DNA of 63,804 nt, filler included, from Guillardia theta CCMP2712 (lineage: Eukaryota > Protista > Cryptophyta): NCBI RefSeq assembly GCF_000315625.1. It is 6 parts of 6 records of this genome, joined end to end, with 100 filler letters (N's around TTAATTAATTAA, not from the genome) between each part and the next. Parts side by side here need not be neighbours in the genome. Positions count along the whole stretch, not along the records: positions 1 to 19,091 come from NW_005434601.1; positions 19,192 to 23,680 come from NW_005434566.1; positions 23,781 to 53,528 come from NW_005434628.1; 3 more parts are not named here. One strand, written 5' to 3'. A program made the translations under genes and the position numbers. Within the stretch, counting starts at the first letter, position 1. Each line of letters starts with the position of its first letter. Below, piece by piece: positions 12,570 to 24,367 of the stretch. A model generated the notes under the pieces. The model was given only the letters and a program-made list of their open reading frames with translations. It did no database searches and was not told where the DNA came from.

Positions 12570-15224
12570 GCTCAACTGACTCGTGCTGAGGAGGAGAACG
12601 AGAGGAAAGGGCGGGGTTGGGGAAAAGGAGGAGGAGGAGGAGGAGGAGGAGGAGGAGGAGGAGGAGGAGGAGGACGGGAGAGTTTGACTTGCAGCAGGCG
12701 GCTCGAGCTGAGAAAGCTCTTGCGGACGCTCTTGCCAGTGTCTCCCTCCTCTCTCAAGCTCTCGCTGCCGTCACCGACGCTCGGGGCCTCAACGGCTCAG
12801 CTGCTGCTGCTGCTGCTGCTGCTGCTGCTACCAGGAAGCTCGAGCGGGCAAGAGGTATCGACCCTCCAGGCGCCTCCAGCATGCCGTTCGCCTCCATGAT
12901 GTCACCTCGCTACCTAGGAACTCTTGGTGAGTAGAAGGAGGAGGAGGGAGGAGCGAAGGAGGAGCAAGGAGAGGTTTGAGGAGATGAAGGAAGGAGAACG
13001 AATGGAGGGGGGAGCAGGAAGGGGGAGCAGGAAGGGGGAGCAGAGCCTGCCTGTGCTAACTTTGACTTGTTTCAGTGCACACGATGGGAGGGAGGATGGT
13101 CTGGTCTCTTGACATCTCCTTTGACAACCTCGTGGACCCGCTGCAAGTTGAGGCGACGGTAAGAGAGAAATGTACGAGATAGCGAAGAGAAGAAGAGCAG
13201 GAGGAAGAGCATTCATAACAAGAGCAGTCATAGCAAGAGGAGGGTACAAGGATTACAAGCACGAGCACGTTGGGCAGGATAAGCAATAGGAGCAGCAGCA
13301 GCAGTGGAGGCAGAGGAGGAGGCGATTTTTTTATCAGTCGTGGCAGGAGGGAGCGCTTGTTACAGGGATAACAGGACAGGTTCTTTACACGTTGGGTAAG
13401 ATGAATACCTCCTCTGCTCTGCTCTGCTCTGCTCTGCTCTGCTCTGCTCTGCTCTGCTCTGCTCTCCTCTCCTCTCCTCTCCTCTCCTCTCCTCTCGTCT
13501 CCTCTCCTCTCCTCTCCTCTCCTCTCCTCTCCTCTCCTCTCTTTTTCCTCCTGTCCCGTCCTGTCCTGTCCTGTCCCCTCTGCTCTCCTCTGCTCTCCTC
13601 TGCTCTCCTCTGCTCTGCTCTGCTCTCCATCTCTTCATTCATTTCGCAGTCAATTTCTTTCCCAACATTGCCAACCCCGACGAATCGACAGCCTACTGGA
13701 CCCGGTCAGAGGGGAGGGGGATAGAAAGAGAAGGGCAGAGGAGCAGCAGCAGAAGAATCAAATGAAACTCTAAGGCGGCGATAGGAGGAGGAGGTGGAGG
13801 AGGAGGAGGAGGAGGAGGAGGAGGGTGAACGATTGGCTGAGAGCCGAGCAGGTGGTGTAACGTGAGGATCGGACATCAGGCGGTTGAGATGATCAAGTGC
13901 AACTTCGATCCCGTCCAAGTAAGCCTCTTCCTGCCGCCTGTCCCTCCTTCTTCCCTCCCTTCCTCGTTCACCTCCCCCTCACTCGTCTGACCTGAGCCGC
14001 AGGGTCTCATCATAGCCGAGGGAGTTCAGGCAGGAGCGCATGCCTTACTCTCCTCGTCTTGACGCGACGAGNNNNNNNNNNNNNNNNNNNNNNNNNNNNN
14101 NNNNNNNNNNNNNNNNNNNNNNNNNNNNNNNNNNNNNNNNNNNNNNNNNNNNNNNNNNNNNNNNNNNNNNNNNNNNNNNNNNNNNNNNNNNNNNNNNNNN
14201 NNNNNNNNNNNNNNNNNNNNNNNNNNNNNNNNNNNNNNNNNNNAGGAGGAGGAGGAGGAGGAGGAGGAGGAGGAGGAGGAGGAGGAGGAGGAGGAGGAGG
14301 AGCAACGTTGCTTTATTTTGGTTCAGCCTCGAACGCTTTGAAAATTTCTCCTTCCGCAGCCACAGCCTGCAAGGAAGACACGTAAGAACATTCCTCCTGC
14401 AATCCACCTACTCCTCCCGTATCCCCCTCTGCCTTCTTCTCTACCCTCTCCTTCCTCCTTCTCCCCTTTGTCCCTCCTCTTTACCCCTTCCCGCCCCCTC
14501 CCCTCTCCCACCATTTCCCCCCCTTCTCCCTCCCCTCCTCCTCCCTTCCTTCCTCCCTCCTCCCTCCTCACCGCCGAGTAGAACTGCTGGATCAGCGAGA
14601 ACTTGCTGGGCTCGACGTGGGCAAAGTCAGCCAACTCGTCCTTCTCCTGAGCCCTTGCCTCCTTCACCAGCAGCCCGTCAGCTGTCCACCGCCATGTGCC
14701 AGGGCCGTGGAAGTCCTGCGGGCTGTACTGAGACTCGTGGGAAGGAGCGGCAAGACGAGCAAACTCCTGGCAGCATGTCAGCTCCTCGTCCTCTCAACTC
14801 ATCTCCTTTCCTCCCTCGGCTCTGGTCTCTTCGTTCCTGCTCCTCTCTCTACCACTCAAACATCTATCACTCCTCTTCTCTTTGCTCTTCTCTCCCTCCT
14901 CTCTCCCTCTTCTCTCCCTCTTCTCTCCCTCCTCCCTCCTCTCCTCCTCCTGACCATGGTTGTCGCTTGCTGTTGAGTCTCGGTCACTCTTTCCCCGGCG
15001 TGCTCTCCTCCTTCTTCCTCCTCCAGCTTCTCCAGCTCAGCGTCGGGTTCGAGCTGTTGGTACAGGAGGGGATCGTATGGATCCACGTCTGCTTCATCTC
15101 CCCCGTTGCCTCCTCTCAGGGCCAGAGCAGCGACGGGACTGCGACAGTGAACGTGCATAGAGGAGGAGGCGGCGCATGCGAGCAGCAGTGACAGGGTCAA
15201 ACTTCTCAACCCTCTGCTACGCAT
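12570..15224 (-). CDS. Hypothetical protein with signal peptide followed by an LRGG motif; multi-exon, spans a gap
   Basis: ATG at 15224 gives MRSRGLRSLTLSLLLACAASSS...VAALALRGG and then an acidic stretch. Further exon fragments: QEKDELADFAHVEPSKFSLIQQFYSA and LDGIEVALDHLNRLMSDPHV. The 3' end is uncertain. Confidence 0.4.
13412..13627. repeat. Pentamer microsatellite array (CTCTG/CTCTC/CTGTC)n
   Basis: Seen directly; probably intronic. Confidence 0.8.
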
Positions 15225-15410
15225 GCCGATGCTCCTCCTCCTCCTCTGCGCGCCCTGCGAGTAGTCTCCGTTCTTGTGCCCTAAGAACTTCATGCACCCC
15301 ATAGCACCTTGTTTCCACCAGAAGGCATGTCCTGTGTAGCAATGAAAAGACCAACGAGGAAAACCAGAACAACGGGGAGAGGGATGAAGAGAGCGGGAAG
15401 AAGGAGCAGA

Positions 15411-15454
<44 letters not shown>

Positions 15455-15813
15455 AGGTGGGGGGGGGGGGGGGGGGGGGGGGGGGGCGGAGGAGGGCAAG
15501 GGCGGATTGGAGGCTTATTTTCCTTTTTGTCTTTTACAGTTAAAAAAACATTCATACTGAGTCCTTGTCAATGTACCCCTACCCTTTTGAAACGAGTAGA
15601 AGACAGGGGTACTGTTTGCTACAAACGGCGAGAACTTAGATCCAGTGACGGCAGGGCGGGAACAGCATCGTAGGGAACAGGACGAGTGAGGGAGAGAAAA
15701 TAGAGGAGAGGGAGAGAGGAGGGAGAAAGGAGGGAGAGAGGAAAGAGGCAGCCTGATGGGGACTTGAAGTTCACTGACCAAGTGACCTTGCAGATTCTTA
15801 GTCCTCATCAGTT

Positions 15814-17400
15814 TATGAAGGTTCCTTGGTACATGGAAGAACCGAAGAACCCTGTCCCAACTCTAGACAAGGATGCGAGAATCGAGCTCCTGCACAAGGA
15901 AAACGCGTTCCTGCTCTCTCAGATCCGAGCCTTGGAGTCAACGCTATTGCACCACTACTTGTTCTCGCAGCAGAAGATGTCGGTGATCCTTGAGTTGCTG
16001 GAGCAGCTGAGCGACGCTCTCTTGCGGAAGATGTTCCTCAGCAGAGAATGTTGTGATCGCGATGAACAGAAAGGAATGTCCGACCTGAGCTTTGACACGG
16101 GGGTTGAGACTGAACGTACTCCTTCTCCTGCCGCGCTCCTTCTTCAACCGTCTCCCTATCCCTTTGACATGATGGTAGCCACCAAGCAGCACGCACTGAC
16201 GGACGGCAAGGACTCTCAACTTAGGATGATACGCTCCTTGGCACAAGACATCTGTTGCGAGCTGAAAACGATAACATGCTTGTCATCAGAACTTCAGGTG
16301 GCGTCAGAAGAGCAGTCAGAGCAAGCAGCACCCTTCGGAAGAAGCAGCTCGCGCGACATGTTGGAGCTGTCAACGAGCTGCAGCGACAGTCAGCTTCAAG
16401 CAAGGTTCATGGCAAAGCTCGCTGAGGCAGTTCCAGCTCGGTACCGCGAGCGGCTCAGCATGGAGGCCTGGGAAGCTGCGAGGATCGCAGATGAGCAGGG
16501 GGAGGATGAAACGGCTACTTGCAACGTCTTGTCAAGTGACGAGCCGGTTGACAGCTGCGATGAGGCAAGCCCGCGATCCTCGTCGAAACGTCACGCGAGG
16601 GCAGACGGAAATCCGAACCGACTTGACAGGCTACGACGATCGTCGGAGTCCCGAACATCTGTCGATCAACCATCAGTCGTGTCGAGGTTACAATCTCCTC
16701 AGAGAGCGAGCCCGTCAAACTTGCAGAAGAATTCGCCGAGAAGGAAGCTCGTGTCCGGAGATGAAGCTGACATGTATCAAGGGAGAAGAGGAGGAAGAGA
16801 CCCGAGGGGTTCTTCGACCTCAGCAGCTCCTGTGCGAGGAAGGGAAGAGCAGGAGGCTAGAAGTTGTCTGATGCTCTGCGAGAAGGCCAACAAACGGGTC
16901 AAGGAAGGAGACCTCAAAGTCTCTCTCACCTTCTCCTCGACGTCTCCTGCTGACCCTTCGCTCCTAGGAGGCGGAGGACATCCTGTGTGAGGCCCTGAAG
17001 CTGAACCCCAATCATCCTGCTGTGCTGCTCGCCTTCGCCGACCTCCTTGCTGCCCGCTATGGCGACAAGCGACAAGGTAGGAGGGACAGGAGGAGGGAGG
17101 AGGGAGGAGGGAGGAGGGAGGAGGGAGGAGGGGGAAAGAGGAAGTGATTGGTTCCTAGCGGACATCCTTCACCTGCGGGAAACAGCGATGCAGCTGCAAG
17201 CTCCTCCTCCTCCCAGCCCGAGCGAAAAAGGAAATCACCCACTCCTCGGAGGTGAGACAAGGGTTGGAGTGAAGGGGAGGGGAAGGGACGGGTGAGGGAA
17301 GCACTGCAAGTCGAGGGGGAGGAGAGGGGAGGGGAGGGGAGGGGAGGGGAGGGTTACACAATGATCTCTATACAGCAGCAGGAGCAAGCTATCGAGATCT
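15814..17400 (+). CDS. Hypothetical protein with a C-terminal TPR-like helical repeat
   Basis: Long ORF 15764-16990 with ATG at about 15814. The spliced continuation reads EAEDILCEALKLNPNHPAVLLAFADLLA, typical of a TPR. The end is uncertain. Confidence 0.5.
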
Positions 17401-17599
17401 TCGCTTGATGGTAGAGGAGCTGAGGGGAGGAGAGCAGGAGGGGCGAAGACCTTGTGGTTGTAAAACAACAGAAACATTTTCATTTCACACGCAGCAATCA
17501 AACAGCTCCCTGCTCGCATTCTTATTCTATGTACAACTTTTCCCTCCTCTTCCTCCTCCTCTTTACGATTCTTCCCTCCTCTCTGCCCCTCCTCTATCC

Positions 17600-19030
17600 A
17601 GAGCTTCATGCGCTTTCCTTTCCCTGCTCCGATCAGTTCTCGCGCTATTACCCAGCAGTTCCTCCAGCTTCTTCTCCAGCTCCTCCACCTTCTTGGTCCA
17701 GCTCGACTGCCAACTAGTCAGGCGCGTCCACCTCAGCCCCTTCGCTTGTCAAACCTGCTCCTCCTCCGCCTCCTTCAGCCTCTTGCCTGCCTCCTCTCGG
17801 TCCCTCGTCTGCTCGACGTCTGTCACGGCAGCCAAACTCTCCACTACCACTTCCTCCTCCTCCTCCTCCTCCTCCTCTTCCTCCTCCTCACCCTCTCGCA
17901 CTCCGTCTGCATGGCTCGAGTAGCCTATGGTGAATAGCATAAGACACCAAGAGGAAGGAGAGCAGAAGAATGAAGCAGATGAAGGGAAAGGGGACGGAGA
18001 AGGAAAGAGAAGGAAACAGAGGGCATACAGAGGCGGACAGGAGGTGGGCAGGAGGAGGATGGAAAAAGAAGGGGGAGGGAGGAAGGGGAGGAGCAGGAGG
18101 AGGGTCGGGCTACCTCCGAGTTCGCCTCCAGCAGCCACTCCTCTGCTCGCTCGAGGTGCACGAGCAAGGAGACCCCATCCGAATGAATAGCTGGGGGCAG
18201 GTCAGGTCAGAGACGAGGAGGAGACGGAGGGAGCAGGACGAGGAGAGGGGGGAGAGAGAAGGCACAGAGGGGAGAGGGGGAGGATAAACGGGAGGAGGAA
18301 GGGGAAGATTGGAGAGGAGAGAAAGTGGAACCAAAGGAGGAAGAAGAGAGAAAGTGGAACCAAAGGAGGGAGAGAGGAAGGAAGAGAGAGAGAAGGAGAG
18401 GAACACGAGTGGGGCAGAGCAGGGGATGGCAGGAACGTGGAGCAGGAGTCGACAGCTATCGCACACGTCACCTGAGTTTCCTCGTTCCTCCAACTTCACA
18501 GTCCATTCCTCATACGCGACCTCCGCTTGCTTCACCTCCTGCCCCCAGAACCTTCGCGAGTCAGGAAGGACCCCAGCAGGACCTTCTTACTTCGAGTTCG
18601 CACCCGCCTCCTCGAGCAGCCTCAGCTGTACAACAGCAGTCTTGTCAACCCTCAACCTCCGCTCGTCACGTCCCCTCTGCCTCACCGTGTAGTTCAAAGT
18701 CGCCTCTGCCTCGAAGATCTGATCCGCCGCTGACTCCAGCTGTCGCCTGGCCTTCGCAAGCTTCCTGTCCCAGCAGTCGCGGCTTGTCAAAATCTTCGCA
18801 CTGTCCGCGAAGTTGTCAACCTCTCCAGCTTGCTCCGCTGCGACTCGCTCCTCCTGTTCTGCCTGGCTTCCTTCCGCTCCTGCTCATGTGCCAGCTCAAC
18901 CGAAGTCAGCCATGCTTCAGCCACTGACCCGCCACCATCGCTGGATGGAGACAAGCATGTTCGAGCTCCCTTTCTGCTCCTGCCTGTCAGACGGGAGGAA
19001 AGCGAGCGGAGATGGCAGCATCTACAGCTA
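17600..19030 (-). CDS. Hypothetical coiled-coil protein with an IQ-like motif (partial; 5' end near the gap)
   Basis: Exon fragments LVSIQRWWR, WDRKLAKARRQLESAADQIFEAEATLNY and KQAEVAYEEWTVKLEER. Confidence 0.35.
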
Positions 19031-19559
19031 CAGGAGGAAGAGGAAGAGGAAGAGGAAGAGGAAGAGGAGGAAGAGGAAGAGGAAGAGGAGGNNNNNNNNN
19101 NNNNNNNNNNNNNNNNNNNNNNNNNNNNNNNNNNNTTAATTAATTAANNNNNNNNNNNNNNNNNNNNNNNNNNNNNNNNNNNNNNNNNNNNAAAAAAAGG
19201 GGGTCAGAAGAAAAAAAAGAAAGAGGAGGGGTGTTACCACATTGTGCCAGACGGCAGCTCATGCTTGCTGCAAGTCCTAATGCCAAGCATCTTGCCAGTG
19301 ATGACAGAGGAGGGCTGGGAGTAGGAGGGTGAGAGGACAAGCATCATCTCGGATAGTGTTTTGTTTTAGAACGGGTGCTGGGTGCGTTGGGAAGAGGAAA
19401 TGAGGGCAGGGTAAGGATAATCGAGGGGGTGGATAGAATTAAGATAGGATCGAGTGAGGTGTCGAAAGCATCAGCAAGCAGATTATTCTTGTCCTCTCAT
19501 CACAAAGTTCGTTTGCAGATCCTGAGAGATCAGGGCAGGCGTGCTCTTAGCTTCAGGGC

Positions 19560-22500
19560 ATGGAAGAGCTAGTCGGGCAAGCAGTGGACGAATGTGGGTT
19601 GGCGGGGAGGCAGGGGCTGTCTCTGCAGCAGCTCTTCGATCGCCTCGAGCTGTCGAGCGGCATCTTCCTCGCTCCCTACCTTCGTCAGAGGCTTGAGAGG
19701 CGCCTCCAGTCCATGCCGTGCATCTCCATGGAGGAGAGGTCCTCTCATGGCAACCAGTGCGTGTGGCTCGTCGCCGACAGCAACACTCGCCTGGCCTCTC
19801 TGGGGATCACAGAGGCAGTAGCGCTGCAGGACGCGTCGTTGCGCATCCTAGAGAGCATCGCGGGCTACAGGCAGAACGGAGTGTTGCAGAGCGAGCTTTC
19901 GAAGCTGGTGATGATGGACCCGAAGACTCTGTTCCATCACATGAAGCCCTTGAAGGCGAGGAAGCTGCTGGTTGTCAAGCAGGTCTCAGTGAGTGGGACG
20001 GGGGAGGCTCAGTCAACCCTTCGCACCAACCTCCTCGTCCTCCCGCGGTTCGCTCAGAGCGAGGAGTTCTACTTGGCGCAGGGGGTCTCGCTGCTGGAGG
20101 ACTTGAAGCCGCTGGAAGAGAGGTGAGAGAAGTGATGGGAGGAGCTGTAGGAGGAGCTCGATGTGAGAGCGTTCACTGCAGGACTGTGCAGCTGTTGGAG
20201 GCAACGCCCGACAGTCTTCTTCCGGAGATCAAGCTGAAGAAGCTGTTGTTGTCCAGCCAAGAATTCTCCAAGGCCAAAGTCCACCACTTGTGGGAGAGGA
20301 TCCGGCGGAACCTCGAGAATTCTGGTAGCGTTGAGAGGATCCTCGTGGTGAGAGGAGGAGAGGAGGAGGGGGAAGCAGCCAAAGCGAACGCCTCTGGCAA
20401 GGTCTCTTGCCTTCGGCTAGTCAGAAACGAGGAGCCCGCTGCGTCGAGTGAAGGGAGCCCGGTCCTCCAGGTGCCGCTGGTCCAGCAAGAGCTGCGGATG
20501 ATAAGGGCAGCGGGAGCGAGTGGGATTCTGCACACGGATCTTGCGAGGACGCTCGGGGTAGAAATCAAGGTGTCTTACAACCTCGTCCTTACGCTCGCCT
20601 CGTCCTTCGGCGTCAAGCTGAATGCGGAGAACAACGGGAAGCAGATGCACTACAGGTTGCTGATGCAGGAGGAGGAGGGGGGGAGAGAGGGGGTTGCTCC
20701 CCCTGGTAGCGCTGTGAAGCTTCTCCCCAACGATGAAGAGCCGCCCAAGGCCGAGGACGCGCAAGGTCCAACCGGTGGATGCTGCCCACCTGTGGAGGGA
20801 AGGATCAGCCGAGAGTCGGTCATGTCACATCCCAGCTGGGACGGGTCAACGGTGACCAAGCAGGTGATCGTGCGTAGCAATGCGCTGCTGGAGCATTTGG
20901 GCAAGGTGAAGGCGATGCTGGTGTCTGACATCCGTCCCTTCCTCCGCTCCGTCGACAACAAGATCGCACGAGAGGATGGCAAGGTGACGAGGCATCTCAG
21001 ACTGATCGCTAGCCCTCCTCCCTTCCCTCCCTCCTCTCCCTTCCCCTCTTTTTGCTTGCTCCTATCCCCGCTCCTACCTGATCCAGCTCTGTATCCTTGT
21101 GTTTCCGCTCTCTGCCCATCTTTTGTCCACATCCTCCTCAGCCTCCATCGTCAGACTGTACTCCCTGCTCTCCCCATCCCTTTCTTCCCCATCCTCCTCT
21201 TCTGTTCTTGACACGATCGTTGCTTGTCAGGCGAGTGTGACGGTGGACGGCAAGACGGTGGATCGACTTGTCTCGATGCTCGTGTCTCTCGGCCACATCT
21301 GTCGCAAGACATACGAGGGAGATCGGGGAGGAGCAGGAGCAGGAGCAGGAGCCGATGGAGTTGGCGGTGTCGGAGGAGGAGGAGGAAGGAAGTCAGCAAA
21401 GGCCATTGATCTCATCTTCGTCCCCGGTACAGACCTGAGAGGACAGGAAGTCGTGGCCGCACTCAACGTCAACCCCTATCAGTACCGGGACGGGGAGGAG
21501 AGGCAGGTAGTCCGCTACCTCCTCTCCCCCGAGGACCTCCGGCGAGCCCCCAAGTCCGGCGACTCTTCCGCTCACCATCTCGGGAAGCTCCTTAACGGCT
21601 TCTCCTCCTCCAAGCTGATGCAGCTCTACGCCTTCCACCGCTTCCTCTTCCGAAGATTCCTGGCTGCTGCTGCGCCTCCTGATCCTCCTGCCGCCGCCGC
21701 CGCCGCCGCTGTCGCTGTCGCTCCTCTTCCTCCTGCCGCTTCTCCTCCTTCGGGCCTCCAGTGTCCGAGCGTGAAGTCGCTGAGGTACGAGGAGATAGTG
21801 CAGGGCATGCCGCTCGTCGTCTTCCTCCAAGTCATCGGCTGCCCGCACGCCATCCCAGGGCTGAACGAGCTGATGGAGGAGGAGACGACGGTCGGAGGAT
21901 GCGGGGGGGAAGTGCAGCAGAAGCTGGAAAGTTCCTCAGCGCGCGTCCTCAAGAAGGTGAAGGAGTTTGTCTCTCAGCTCGCACGCGTCGGCTTTGCGTC
22001 CGTGCTCCTTGAGACGAGGTCGATCTCGGACGAGGGGGATGTGGAGGAGGCGACGGAGGTCGTGCGACTGCACTCGCTCGTCGACTTGAGCTTCATCGTC
22101 GGCAGCGGAGAAGGCGCGAGTAGCAGCGAAAAGATGCAGCTGGAGAGTGCCGCTGACCTCGACGAGCTCTGGCGGAGGATCGCAATGATGTGCGGGTCGT
22201 CGCAGCTGTCGTTCCTCCTTCAGAGGGATGGGAGGGAGGAGAAGGGGGAAGAGAAGGAGAAGGAGGAGGGGAGGGAAGAGCAAGGGGGAATGCAGCCGGG
22301 AGAGAAGGAGGGGCTATGGATGCTGTCCCGCAGGCACTGGGAGACCGCGTTTGCTAAAGAGGAGGATCACAAACTTCTGATCGACAAGGAGATGGACAGC
22401 ATGACGGACGTTGCTGTTCCCGACCAGGCGCTCCTTCGACCCTCGCAGTCCTCCCTCTCCTCCTCCCCCGATGCCGTCGCCTTCGTCTCCAAGCTCGCCT

Positions 22501-23680
22501 GCCTCCTGACCATCTCCAAAGAGTCGATCGCAAGATTCTTCAGCAAGGTCTGCCACTACCTCACCTCCTCCTTCTTTCTCCATCATCGTCATCACTCCAT
22601 CGTCCTCCTCTTCCTCCTCCTCTTCCTCCTCACCACCACCACCACCATTATCATCATCATCATTATCATCATCTCCACCACCACCACCACCATCCTGCCA
22701 CATCCTCCCTCCCCCTCCTTCACTCCTTCTCTTCCAACACCACCTGACCCTCACTCAGGTCCCTCACGTCTCCTTCCCCTTCGATGCGCCGTTTCAGCGC
22801 ACGAGAGCAGCGAGCTTCCTTGCTCCGACGGCGAGGAGGACGGGGCTGAAGACCGTTTCTAAGAAGAACAACCTGCGGGCGCAGGGAGAGGGAGAGAGGA
22901 AGAGACCGATAGTGAGGGACAGCAGGAAGGTCAGAAACGCTCTCCAGCACCTCCGCAAGCGATCGACGCCAGAGACCCAGCAGCAAGTTGAGGAGCAGGA
23001 GGCTGCTGCGGGGCCGGGGGCTGAGAAGGAAGATGGGGAGGAGATGGAGATGAGCGATGGGGAGGAGACATCCCTCGCTGACGACAAGGTGGTCGTGCTG
23101 CCGAGGAGGAGGAAGCGAGCCAGAACCTCGTGGGGGCTGAACGAGGAGATGGAGCTGGTGTTCATGTACGCGCAGGTCAGCGGGTCTCAATCTCTTCCTG
23201 CTTCCACCACAACCTCCTCCTCCTCCTCCTTCCCCTGCCTCCATCTTCTGCCTCCTCCTCTTTCTCCACCTCGTCCTCGTTGTTCTGGGGGTCTGCGCCC
23301 GTCGCTGTTGCTCCTCGTCCACCATCTACTTTTCCTCCTCCTCCTCATCGTTTTCATCGATTTGACATCCTCACCTTTGAAGGTGCTCGAGGCGTACATT
23401 CAGGAGCAGAAGAGGAAAGAAATGTCGCGGGAGGAGGCAGAGGAAGGAGCAAGACGGAGAGGAGAGGAGGAGGGAGCAAGGCAGGGAGAGGAGGAGGAGG
23501 CAGGGAAGCTGCAAGAGGAGGAGGAAGGGATCCAGCGAAGGCACTGGGCTGAAGTGGGAGAGGCGATGGAGAGGTCGGGGGAGCAGTGCAGGCGGCACAT
23601 GCGGAAGCTGAAGGGGAACGCGGAGCATCTGAAGCTGCTCAAGTCCATGGTAGAAGAGGGAGCGCACGAGCTGCTGCAAG
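19560..23680 (+). CDS. GTF3C1: TFIIIC B-block-binding subunit (Tfc3/GTF3C1-like), 3' end truncated by an assembly gap
   Basis: N-terminus MEELVGQAVDECGLAGRQGLSLQQLFDRL. Winged-helix B-block motif LRILESIAGYRQNGVLQSELSKLVMMDPKTLFHHMKPL...TNLLVLPRF. A second wHTH (IRAAGASGILHTDLARTLG), DGKTVDRLV, and a SANT-like WAEVGEAMERSGEQCRRH. Confidence 0.8.
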
Positions 23681-24367
23681 NNNNNNNNNNNNNNNNNNNN
23701 NNNNNNNNNNNNNNNNNNNNNNNNTTAATTAATTAANNNNNNNNNNNNNNNNNNNNNNNNNNNNNNNNNNNNNNNNNNNNGGTACCGTTGAGCAAAAATG
23801 AGAGCTCCGAAGATGGGGTGGGGTAGTTTGGGGTACCATTGGGGTGGGATGGGGTGGGGGATCAATATGTCCGGTACCAAAGTGGGTAAAAGTAGGGGTA
23901 CTTTTGCTGCGGAGGTCCTCCATGGGGTGAAGGAAATGGGGGTTTTGAGCCAAGGGGGGTGGGTGGTAGTGGGGGAAATTTCCTGGATTTAGCCGCCATG
24001 TCATCAGTAGAGGAGGAGAAAGAGGAGGAGGAGGAGGAGGAGGAGGAGGGGGAGGAGGAGGAGGAGGAGGGGAGGAGGAGGAGGAGGAGGAGGAGGATTG
24101 TATGCTTGCGGATCGTCGGGATCTCTGACTTCAAGCTCTCGTTGACGAGCTGCGGGAGGAGGAGGATGAGGAGGAGCAGGAGGAATATTAGTGAGAGCAG
24201 ATGAAAGATGTGGGAAGCGACGAAGCATGCGAGTCAAATCGTTGGGTTAAGACGGATGGTGAAGGGATCGAGATAGAATGGTGACTGAAGGACCAGAACA
24301 GTGTGCAAGACATGTGTTGTTATCTGTTGTTCGCTCTTTGAAACTTTTATGTCAGGATCTTCTCATC

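Noticed and set aside
19136-19147. TTAATTAATTAA palindrome between N runs, repeated at 23725, 53573, 57857 and 62724
   Set aside because: It is always centred in an N gap, so it is an artificial scaffold linker with stops in all frames.
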